Shown here piece after piece: positions 13,801-25,100 of a stretch of DNA of 64,000 nucleotides (positions within the stretch are counted from its first letter, which is position 1; every line of letters starts with the position of its first letter). Both the position numbers and the translations under genes were made by a program. The notes beneath the pieces were generated by a model that was not told the DNA's origin, ran no database searches, and saw nothing but the letters and a program-made list of their open reading frames with translations. Source of the DNA: Phoronis australis (Eukaryota; Animalia; Phoronida); the NCBI GenBank assembly GCA_002633005.1, contig NMRA01000096.1, positions 558,001 to 622,000 on the forward strand. Direction: 5' to 3'.

Positions 13801-16800
13801 TCTACTACGAGATTAGTCATCGGTCAGTAATTATCTTGATTGGACTGAGACGTCATTCGTGCGTACAATTTCCATGCATGGAGCATGTGATTTTGATTTA
13901 TCTCTCGGGTCGAACCAGATTTGAATTGAGCAATTAACCACACACACCCTCTCACTGCAATTGCACACATGGAGCACATGATTTTCCTGGGTTTAATTTA
14001 TATCCCGGGTGAACCCTGATTTGAATCTATCAATGAATCACACCCCCCTCTCGTTACAATTCGACAATTTGGGTGGGGCCAGGAAGCAAACGCATCTCAA
14101 TCTCTCAATAAATTTTTACACTCGCGACATATAGCGAGCTGACGAGGTATGACATATGACGTATTTTGATTTAAAAACAGGATGACTGATCTGAAACAGT
14201 TCTTGCTGATACTGTAAGTGGACTGCCATTGGAATTTCATAACGTTCCGCGATATCACTTTGCTGCATGTTAATATATTTGAAAACGTCTAAGTTTTTAA
14301 CAACAGCCTCTCGAAATTGCACTTTCAAAATCAAAAATCCTGTTTGTGTTTGAGCCATGACTGAGAAACTTAGTAATTGTCAGGTTCCACTGATTGACCG
14401 AAAGTTCCGTGCTCGAATAAACACCCCGAACGCTTGCACAGTTTGGCTAAAATTTTGACCGTAGTGGCCACTGGTTGTGTAATCGCTCACCCGACTTTTG
14501 TCAATTTTTGGTTTAAGCGCCCACTGCTTGGGTAATGACCCACCCCCCTCTCTGGGTTTCCCAATTTACGCGCTAAGGGGGGGGATAAACCCGCGAGTTT
14601 ACGGTATGCACTACTTAGATACTGAAACTGGTCAGTTGTCAAGTTATCTTAGAAATAAGACAAGGAAATGATGAAAACTTGTGTACAAGTTCTTTACGCA
14701 GTATGAATAGCTCTTAAGTGCAGTTTCAATATTGCCTTCTGACAAGTTCTTACAAGAGTGGGTGTTGTAAAGGACTCCATAGAGTGCACTAGAAGTTGAT
14801 GACATCAACCGTACTTGGGATGTGCATAGGCTATAGGTACAAATTGATACCTGGCAACAAACAAAATGTGCCCAAACAAACAGAAATAGATGACACTTGA
14901 ATTTCAGATTTGCAAATGCATCATTGAAATCTTTAAGTGTAAGCAGGAGAAATTTATGTCAAGTTCAGTGACGGCGTGTCTGCTGAACATTTGGTCACAC
15001 TCCTGTCGCAAGTAATTACTGTATGCTTAGCAAAGTAAAATCACACTTTATTGCTGAATTTTTAAGAGTTCCACTCATCATGATGGTAAATTCGTATTGC
15101 TNAGCTGACGAGGTATGACATATGACGTATTTTGATTTAAAAACAGGATGACTGATCTGAAACAGTTCTTGCTGATACTGTAAGTGGACTGCCATTGGAA
15201 TTTCATAACGTTCCGCGATATCACTTTGCTGCATGTTAATATATTTGAAAACGTCTAAGTTTTTAACAACAGCCTCTCGAAATTGCACTTTCAAAATCAA
15301 AAATCCTGTTTGTGTTTGAGCCGTGAGAAACTTAGTAATTGTCAGGTTCCGCTGATAGACCGAAAGTTCCGTGCTCGAATAAACACCCCGAACGCTTGCA
15401 CAGTTTGGCTAAAATTTTGACCGTAGTGGCCACTGGTTGTTTAATCGCTCACCCGACTTTTGTGAATTTTTGGTTTAAGCGCCCACTGCTTGGGTAATGG
15501 CCCACCCCCCTCTGGGTTTCCCAATTTACGCGCTAAGGGGGGGGGGGGGAGTAAACCGCGAGTTTACGGTATGCACTGCAAAACATTCTTAAATGGCCTT
15601 AGATACTGAAACTGGTCAGTTATCAAGTTATCTAAGAAATAAGACAAGGAAATGATGAAAACCTGTGTACAAGTTCTTTATGAGTCAACTACACAGTATG
15701 AATAGCTCTTAAGTGCAGTTTCAATATTGCCTTCTGACAAGTTCTTACAATAAGTCTCAAGAGTGGGTGTTGTAAAGGACTCCATAGAGTGCACTAGAAG
15801 TTGATGACATCAACCGTACTTGGGATGTGCATAGGCTATAGGTACAAATTGATACCCGGCAACAAACAAAATGTGCCCAAACAAACAGAAATAGATGACA
15901 CTTGAATTTCAGATTTGCAAATGCAATCATTGAAATCTTTAAGTGTAAGCAAGAGAAATTTATGTCAAGTTCAGTGACGGCGTGTCTGCTGAACATGTGG
16001 TCACACTCGTGTCGCAAGTAATTACTGTATGCTTAGCAAAGTAAAATCACACTTTATTTTGAATTTTTAAGAGTTCCACTCATCATGTTGGCAAATTCGT
16101 ATTGCTTATACTGAACCCAAATGTGCAGTCTCCGCACAGTGTGACGATATTGCTACAAATAATCAGAACTGTACCAAGCTGCGCTGTACAAAAACATACT
16201 AAGAAGAAACTGAAATTTCTTTGGGTTTATTCCACCAAGAAATTTAGACACATCAAAATTCCACTAGCCCGCTATATTGTGCGCTTATTAGTGAAGAACT
16301 ACTGCAATATTGATTACCTTTTCTGGTACTATTGTGTGTACATAAGGAACATATTTGTGGACCATGTAATGGAATTCTTGCCATGCAGAAATATGATCAT
16401 ACCATGATTGAATGTACTTGCATCTGTTACAATATATATTATTACTTATATCTCAAATATGGCGTTGCAATTTTCTAAAAGATCATTTCATTTTTGTTTT
16501 ATGCATAAAAGTTCTTTTTTATAACTCCTCTAGCAAATGTGGAATGGTTTAAAAACAACTCCTGTCAGTATATTGTAGAATATTGCGTGAAGCATGGTAT
16601 TTGAAAGTTTCATGCGAAAATGATAGCCGTATGATGTGATGTTCCAGGTCCTATGACATAATCTTAACGTTAAAAAATTGGTCTTGTTCTTTACTCGGAT
16701 TAGAGATGTTACCTAGGCTTGAGAAGAACTGATGGGTCATCATTGTTTCAGACCTGAGCCAGTTAAATTACTTGTCATGGTCGGTTAGTTTCAGTGGTCA

Positions 16801-17316
16801 AAGCAGTTAATAGGAAATTCCAGGCTATATGTTGTAATCAAGTTCAATTCAAACAGTGTAGGATCAGAAAGGGTTGGCATTGTTTTAGAAAAACACATAC
16901 AGCTGTGAAGAAAGTTTGATGTTTTTAACTACAGAATGTGGTTTACAATGGTAATAATGACTTCAAGGGAATGTTTTGAATGTGTTGATCTCTTTGAGTT
17001 GGTGAGTATAAATCTGTTTTATTTTTCCATTCTTCTTCGTTTCTGTGTGTTACACAGTGGTTGTGATGTGACTCGCATGATGCTGTGGCAGATGAATTTA
17101 TCCAAACTATTTTTGTGGATACTAAATAATTATCCTCCTGCAGGTGGCAGGTGCTTTCTATTAGTTTGACTGATCGCAGTGATCATGGTGTCAATGATGT
17201 AGCATTATCTTTTCTTATTACAGATTGTCGACCAGCTGTCTCAGAACAAGAAAACAAATTTACCAATGCACCTTACATCAGAGGCTTCAAAAAGCGCCAT
17301 CTGTTGCATTCAGTAA
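4852..17316 (+). CDS. Coiled-coil + two EF-hand calcium-binding protein with C-terminal CaaX (CCIQ); 6 coding exons, 269 aa
   Basis: join(4852..5115,8230..8313,11698..11841,12202..12291,13046..13180,17224..17316). All introns are GT-AG with pyrimidine tracts and phase 0, and the frame is open throughout. Canonical EF loops DVNCDG|TIDAEE (split by an intron) and DQDGTGTLDFVE. Heptad segment IKERDTLQASLKQKELELYNSQGRNYELLKKIDVLEAQVKDLKK. Ends ...SKSAICCIQ*. Confidence 0.88.
10061..11055. repeat. Tandem duplication at N gap (10061-10482 / 10637-11055); likely uncollapsed haplotypes
   Basis: Near-identical ~420-bp copies with a few SNPs and one 3-bp indel, separated by 153 bp of extra sequence and a single N at 10636. 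Confidence 0.85.
10485..10635 (+). mobile_element. Left end of a hAT-like non-autonomous element, truncated at the N gap
   Basis: Begins CAGGGCTCAACATTAAC (hAT-type terminus). Subterminal repeated ACTTGCCC motifs include the palindrome ctacttgccc-ttc-gggcaagtag. Absent from the second copy of the flank. Confidence 0.65.
13415..14604. mobile_element. Non-autonomous Tc1/mariner-superfamily (pogo/Tigger-like) DNA transposon, ~1.19 kb
   Basis: TIRs ccgtaaactcgcgggtt / aacccgcgagtttacgg with TA on both sides (13413-14 and 14605-06). Subterminal taatcgcccaccc-type repeats at both ends. No transposase ORF. The right end is repeated at 15569 in the duplicate copy. Confidence 0.85.
14137..16106. repeat. 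Tandem duplication at N gap (14137-15101 / 15103-16106); likely uncollapsed haplotypes
   Basis: ~1-kb near-identical copies with SNPs and small indels, joined exactly at the N at 15102. Confidence 0.88.
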
Positions 17317-18855
17317 GACAATGAGATTCCGTTTCGTATCTGCGGTGATTCAACATTCGGCGGTGTGTTGTCTGACAATGCAGGATCGTTTGTGAACAGC
17401 GGGTCTGTCACTCCATGTATAGTTAGGAGACACCTCTCAGGAATGCTCGTTGGACACATTTGGAATGCGAGATGATAGCCTTGTGCTTCATTGTTGTTGA
17501 GTTTTGCATTGATTTTGGAACTCAGGACAATTCTGTTTTCTCCAAATTTATATTACTTAAAGGTTCAGTGTTGGTCTTGTCTAAATTCACAATGTAAACA
17601 ACAAAGACACCAAGTTACTGTAAACTTGGAGCCATGGAATAATTTGGTACTGCTGCAACAGATAAGTGCTTTTACTTGTTAAGGTTGTGTGAAATTCTAA
17701 CTTTTAGCCATATATCAGCAAAATTATGGAATTCAACTCTGAAGTGTGGATTTTGTCTGAAAGTATAACGCAATGTAGATTTTGATATGGCCCGGATTTT
17801 TCACCATTCCATCATTGTTTTGGTGACTGTGACTATGTATTTTTTATTAAGAGTTAACAAAAAGGAAATTTATATTCACAGCAGCAAAATGATATCAATA
17901 TTCAAGGTGAAATTTCAAAAGACTACCAGTTTTCAGACTCTTGTTTTTGTTTTCTGCAACTTTTGGTTTCTTTAAGTCACGCACGCAGAAATTTTCAATG
18001 ATTCCTGTTTCTAAAGTGAATAACTTTGAAAGTGTTGTGAAGAGAGCGTATATACTACAAATGTATTTTCAGTTTGAAATACAATCACTTTTATTATGAA
18101 AAAATCTTCATCAAAATATTTTTGGCCTGTCAGATCGTGAAACTATTTGAAACTACAGAATTCAGAAATCACCCTGTACTGTTATGGAACAAGCCACTTA
18201 AAGGATAAAAACTAGATATAGAGAGAGGTCGGGCTTTGTACTATATATAGCCATGAAACCACACAGCTCCCGTGGTGTCATATTGTTGTGTGGAAGCTGA
18301 CTGTAAACACCAGCATGGATAAGCGACTGAGGTATATTGAATGCAAAATACTTACAAAGCAAATAAAAAACACGCTGAGCATTACAAGCAGGACACTTAA
18401 ATTAAGGACTTATAGAACAGAATTTTCTTTTTAATTGCAAGGTTTCACGAAAATGGTATCACTGGAAAAAGTTTGAAACTACAAGCATTTTGGTACTTCA
18501 TCAAAATCAACCCAATGGTTTCAAAGTTAGACTGGCTTGCACGACCTGTAACACTCAATTCCACACAACAAAACGGCCACCCTGCTTTACATATACCAGG
18601 CCACTTGAAAACCAATCTCTGACTCTACATCCGTTATATAAACACATTCATTTAAGAAAACAGACACATTTTTCATTAAACCGTCAAAAGTACATTGCTC
18701 AAACTACTCCAAGTTTTGGTTTTGATACCTGGATATAATAATGCTCTTATATCGTACCTACAACGTTTGTGATATCACAGCCATGTTTATTTAAAATATT
18801 GTTATGTGTATATAAGGAAATTAATTGTATTTTTATACTTTTTATGAAATGTATA

Positions 18856-18897
18856 AATAAATGTTTCACTTGGCATGTGAATTTTGTTTTAAATAAA
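18856..18897 (+). terminator. Candidate polyadenylation signals of the EF-hand gene
   Basis: AATAAA at 18856-18861 and 18892-18897 at the end of a T-rich 3'UTR-like stretch. Base composition switches to A-rich (antisense-UTR-like) just after. Confidence 0.45.
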
Positions 18898-19954
18898 TGC
18901 ACTCATTCTTTTTAATAGCAAAAAATCACACATTTATTTAGAGTGCTACCAAGACCTGTGCCTGCATGTGAGATGTTGACTATTCAAATCTTATGACCAG
19001 GGCTTCTATGATTTTTAACCACTCCACATCATGCAAAACAAGAAACAAAATGAATGTATTTGGCCAAGTATTTCGAGTTCTGTTATCTGCTCTATCGTAG
19101 GTTTTAACGGCAGTACTGTTCGTAGTATGGTCTAATATTTTCCCACTGGTGTCAAGTGTTTGTAGCCAGGGGTTTTATCGTAGAATTGTCACCAATCCAT
19201 GATCTGTGTGCTTCTGATATCAACTCTGAATGCCTTCCCCTTTTCACTCACTAGTAGCGCCATCTGACCACACATTGTCAAAATCATTGAAATAGTGATG
19301 TCTGATGGTCACCTGTTGTCCGCAGTATTCATTGTTGAAAATTTACAAAAATGTGTTAAACTTTCAAATTTTCAGTCAAATCACAAGAGCTAACTTGGTA
19401 TTTTGGCATAGAAAAGGCTACGACTGTTCTTCACTTATTTGTGACAAAAAATTACCAAAATTGTCATCTTACGTCTACATAATACAAACTAAGATAAAAT
19501 AGACTAAATTTTTTTCAATTTCTGTTGATGAATTTCACAAAACAAATGTTCACTTCACAATATGTTATCGCAGCAGGAATCTATGATTTATGCGCATCAT
19601 GTTCGCGATACAAGGAACAGATACCTGTTGATTTACTGGTGTATCCATTTGAAGTAGCCTCAACAGGTGCATAAAGAATGTGACCAATAGCCATTGTACT
19701 TGAATTACGTGGAGCTTCCAGAACACAGTAACGAGATCCAATGGCTGTTTGGAACAAAAAAACGTTTTTGTTTATGTTGTTGAGTATTGTGAAATAATCA
19801 TTAAGAGCTAAGACGCAATTTAGAAGAAACAGATTGCAAAGAAATAATTTATTTAACAGAATATAATTTAAGACATAATTTACAGTCTACAGTATGTACA
19901 AATGAACCATCAAATTAAATTTAACTGTTCAATCTATTTAACATTAGGCACTTG

Positions 19955-19956
<2 letters not shown>

Positions 19957-20001
<45 letters not shown>
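19957..20001. repeat. (ATT)n microsatellite
   Basis: About 15 perfect ATT units. Confidence 0.95.
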
Positions 20002-22177
20002 GTGAATCAACACAGAGATTGTGATTAAATTAACTGAAATACGTATGTTCTGCTTAACGTCTGTGACGCACAAATTTAAAATGAACATGATTATGACAGG
20101 ATACATAATCTTAGTCAAAATAAACAAAAACAAACAACCACAAAATAACACAACCTGTTCATTGCTACTTTTGTGAATTAAATGGACAGAACCAATGAAA
20201 TATCAAGCACCACAAGCACATCTGTGAATTGTACTTAAGGAAATCAAAACCAACAAAATGTACAATTCCACGATTTAATAAAGTCACACTTCTCTCATCA
20301 GCCACCAAAATGATGCCCTATATGTGCAGATTGTCATAAAATGGTTATAGCAGCAAAATCATATGGCACAAAGGAACACCAAAAATCAAAAATGGGGAAA
20401 ACAATAACAGGGGAAAACAATCACCATTACCAGTAACATTAAACCAGTCCAATTTAGAAAGTCATCTCATTGATTTTTATTGCTAAATATTACATAAATA
20501 CTTGCACTGACAAGGAGCAAAACCAGAAGCAACCATTATAATCAAACAAATATCATCACATTAACAAGACAATGCTGCTTGTTACCTGGCCTTAAAATAG
20601 TAAGGACTAACAAGAGTCCGTATTATTTTATGAAAACACACTTTTTGACTTATCCTATAAGCAAATTAGTTTCAGTCAACAAGCTTCATTTTTTGTTAAA
20701 GGCAAGTAATGACTTCGCTTAGCTAACCTAGCTTTTCCACACGTTCCGATATATATACAATGTCACGCAAGAACTAAAGGCCTCTCAACTGATTCCTCAG
20801 TAACTACACTCAGTCCATATATAACTCACACCCGCAAGCGACACCAAGCATTCTCCATTCATGGTATGGTCCAGGCAAACAAGTGAATATGATGAGACTT
20901 CCACCTAATGTCTGAGATGAAACAAAAAACAAATCACAGTTGGTGACTTAATTCTTCTAACAATAGGTGGCGCTTGGATGTCTAAACCACAGCAAGGGAA
21001 TTCGGCTTCACAGAAAAGAGAATTATCCAGAGTAGTCCCCACCCCAGCTCGTCGGCTAGAGGTGAGAGTGGTCCCATCTGATAAAGCATTGTTGAACTGT
21101 ACTGTATTCAGTCTTAGACTGTATTCAGTCTTAAAAAATACGACTCACTGTCATCAGATCAAAAGGTTGGTGCGAGTCTTGTCAAAAATGTCTTAACATA
21201 CCTTTGACAATCTGCCAGGCACTGTGTTTAACAAAGCCTGACTGTTTACACAAACCTTTTGAGGTTAGTTGTAACTTAATAAGCTTTTAAACAACATTAA
21301 CAGGAATGGAATAACCAGGTTCATAGCGATATTCAACTCTAAACACCACTCTTCATTCTTCAACTGATGCAAAGAAACACTCTGTGTGGCACCAATGCTT
21401 ATGTTTTTTGTTGAAAAACACATAGGTCTGGTAGTTTCATCTAATTCAAACAAAAACTTTGGCCAAAATTGTCCTTTTCCAATGTTCGAAAGCTTACTTT
21501 TGTTAAAAATGCTTAACTTCACAGTGTGAATCATGTTTTTCAATGTTTATGTTTGTTGAAAAATTTCCCACATATAAAATTTCCTTGTGCCCCATATTCT
21601 ATTCTAAATTAAAGAAACCCTACACATTTTCAATAGTCTCTGTCAATGATTCAGTGTGAATTGTAGACGCTTTCTCACATGTGGCACTATGAAACCAGTT
21701 CCAAAACTGTGCGGCAGGCAGAAACTAGGTTTCCTTACAGCCAGGAAACAATCGTACTCCAATATGTTTCATAACGTGACTGAATAGATGGACTATTTTT
21801 TACCTGTATACACAAACTTAGATTTCAATAATTTCGAAACTATTGTTCCTCCATCGTAAAATTTACCTCTAGTGCATTAAATATTGAGAAATTATACCCC
21901 CATCAGCTTCACCCAGTGCTCAGTAGATAGAGCTGTTTAATACTGCATCAACATCTTAACAATTTATTGATCATTTTGTTGCCAGAACTGACAAAAAAAA
22001 ACAAACACAAACTTAAAAATAGGAAAGGAATACAAACTTGACAAACTATGAAAAAATGAATTTGAACTTGCAAACAGAAACTGTATGTTTGTAATCTTGA
22101 AACATCAGACACTAAGCATCTTGGAAAACTGAAAAAAAAAACTTTTAGTAAGAAATTTCTGAACACACGGAGCTAGC

Positions 22178-25100
22178 TCATCCTTCCCTAGTAGATAACT
22201 TAAGAGGAGGCAATGCTCGCCTTTTGTCCGGATCAATAGTTTTCGGCACCATGCCCGGCAGCTCTAGGGAACGGCCACCTCGCTTCTTAGATTTCTTTTT
22301 AGTTCGCTTTTTTAATTTTGGCTCTGAGTTTACATCCATGCTCTTATCCTCAGCTTCATTAAGTGTGTATGACTTATTGACGATAATCTGATCTGAATGT
22401 GGAGACTTGTACTCAGCCGGAGCCTTTTCATGTTCCGGTTCACCGACCGGGGTCATAGATGACTGAGATCCCAGAGCTGTGGTCTCCCATCCGGCATTGT
22501 TGTTAGAATTATTTTGAAGTTTGACTTCATTTGGTGGATCAACCACGTTCATTTTAGAAGAACGGTTTTCAGTGCTCTTGTATTTAACACCCATAACATT
22601 CTTATTATGAAGAAAGTTGTCTGGGGTGTCTTTTCCTGGACACTCCTCAGGAGTTATGGCCATTCTGTGCCTGGAAACAAAACACCACAATTGCATGACA
22701 GCAACAACAACAACACAGTTGGTGACAATAGAAATTTATGTGCACAAGACTGCACTGTACTGATTCCACAATGACATTTTCAAGCCAAAAATACTGTGGA
22801 ATGGGCGTATTAGAAATACCATTAGAAACCCTCCCATTTAGTTAGAGTTCCAAACAGCAGATTTTGAAAAATTATGCAGATATTACTCTTCTTACATTTT
22901 ATACAAGGTCGCAAGTCCTATTAACTTAGACAGTTGAGACTTTGATTTTCATTTGCACACAGTTCTTGGCCTGTGAAAAAGATCTTCAGAATACAAAAAT
23001 TATCAACTTATCGTCAGTCGCTATATTTTGATCTTATGAAAACGCAGCGATGCATTTGTAATAACGTGCCTAACCCCCTCTTGATCTACGATTGGACTTA
23101 CAACCTTGAAATGGGCCCCTGGTCTACAGTTCACTTTCATCTTCCCAGCAGTCTTTTTCAAGTTTGCTGATACATCGGCCAATAATGCACTAATTGCTTA
23201 CTCCAACAGTTTAGCCTGCTGCATGACCATCGGTCTCGTTTGGACATTCCCAGATGAAATGAATCCTGGATAGGAAATTGCAGTAACATTCCTATGTATG
23301 TGGGACAACCTACATTGAATTAAATTGGGCGTTACTCGTGATTTTGTCCCCTGTTATTTTATGGTTAGCGTTAACATGAATATATGTCAACCTCTACCAC
23401 CTTACAATGCATATTCGAAACTGCTCGATTCCCGTTACGCTGCAAATTACAAAGCACTCAAAAATTATTACCTGGCTTAAATACCCCTGGTCAACCTTAA
23501 TCCTTTTCGACTTAACATGGACGCAACCGTTGCAGGAGCAAACTGATTAATTTAAAGACATGATTCTGTAAAAATTTCACAGTGCTAAATTGCCCCTGCA
23601 GATACCTGAATTGGTAAAAAAATCCAAGACTTGCAAAAATTTTTAAATGTGATATGACTGTGCATTTGTGGGTCCAAATCACGCCATATTAGTGGCAGAT
23701 ATGGAATCACTAAACATCCGAAAATATGGAATTTTGCAATTTGGTTTTATACAAGGGTTTCACATTTAACTATGAATTCCAAATGCAGGAGCAGTTTCAC
23801 ACACAGAAGTATGGGCCTTAATACAGTTGCCTGTAATTTAATGTGAATATCATGGAACTTACTTTTTCTTACATCTGTAGACAATCACAGTAACACTGAA
23901 GATGACCACTGCCATGAACACAATGACAGATATTATTATAAGAACTATGTACCCCGTCTTCAAACCACCTTCACCACCTGCGGAAAACAAACAACAACAC
24001 TTTATTAATGTATCCACAACAAAGCAGAACTCGGTGAATTACAGAATATGTAGGCATATACCGGTAGTTGAATTAACCAAATGAGGTTAAAAAACAGACT
24101 TCATCAATGAAACGCAAGGTATGAGCACTTATTAAGATGCATATTTTAGAGTTGGTGATTCCAACGCTTGAACCATTCTTCCGAATGAGTAAAGTCCTGC
24201 CTCATGCTGACCTGGTCGTTGAATGAGGTTATTCAGAGGAGCTGTAGGCTATGACCCATGCAGCTCCCATATGAAAGGGGACTGCAGCTTCGCATCTATG
24301 ACCTCATTCGGACCAGGCCAATCTGACAAGGAAAGGCCATTCTGTGAACAAAACCCTTAGAAGATAATACTTTGTAAACATTAGGAAGCACTGACACATC
24401 TATTCTGTTGCTTCCAAACCAATGCGATCATTTCAACAGTTATAGTGACAGCAACGATTAAAGTTTGTCGCGAATGAAACCATATTGAATGCTATAAGTG
24501 GTGCATAGAAAGCAAGCAGCGTGTCACTTCATTCTACCAGACAAATTAACTAATATTACTAAACTTAAAAACCACATGCAGTGCAATCTTTGAAAATAAT
24601 TGCCTTGCATCACGTTTTGGGGTGGAAAACTACACACATGGCAATACCATGAAATGAACCGTGGAATTCATTGATTACTTCAGCAGAAAGATTCATAGCT
24701 GTAACTTGATTTTTAGGAGTGTGAACTCTAACAGACTGAGGTAACCCCACATGAGGGTGCTACTTTCCAACGGAACTCCCTATGAAGGGATGCATTTGTT
24801 GACTTTATTCGATACAAAAGGCTCAGTTTGGGAGCTAGAAACTTAATATTAGGGTATTTTCGCAACTACGAAAATCAACTTGTTTTTTTTTAAATGATCT
24901 GTATTTTCCGAACAGATAACTTTTTGTCTTTCAAACATGGAAGCATATCCTAATTTTTTTACTTTCATCTGCATGCCCTCCTAAAAATGTACCTGAGTAC
25001 CACCGCGGATTCACTTATTCCAAAAGGAACTTGGCAACTTTGGCTTGACCTAATACTGGCTCTGTATGGGACTTTCAAAGACGGAAGCAAAACTGCTATG

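Noticed and set aside
13342-15300. ORFs 13342-13722, 14116-14358 and 15016-15300
   Set aside because: They lie inside the non-autonomous pogo-like element and its haplotype duplicate; no transposase motifs.
19110-19220. - strand peptide HTDHGLVTILR*NPWLQTLDTSGK resembling the 2OG-Fe(II) oxygenase HxD motif
   Set aside because: Flanked and interrupted by stops, with no downstream His/Arg motifs; likely chance.
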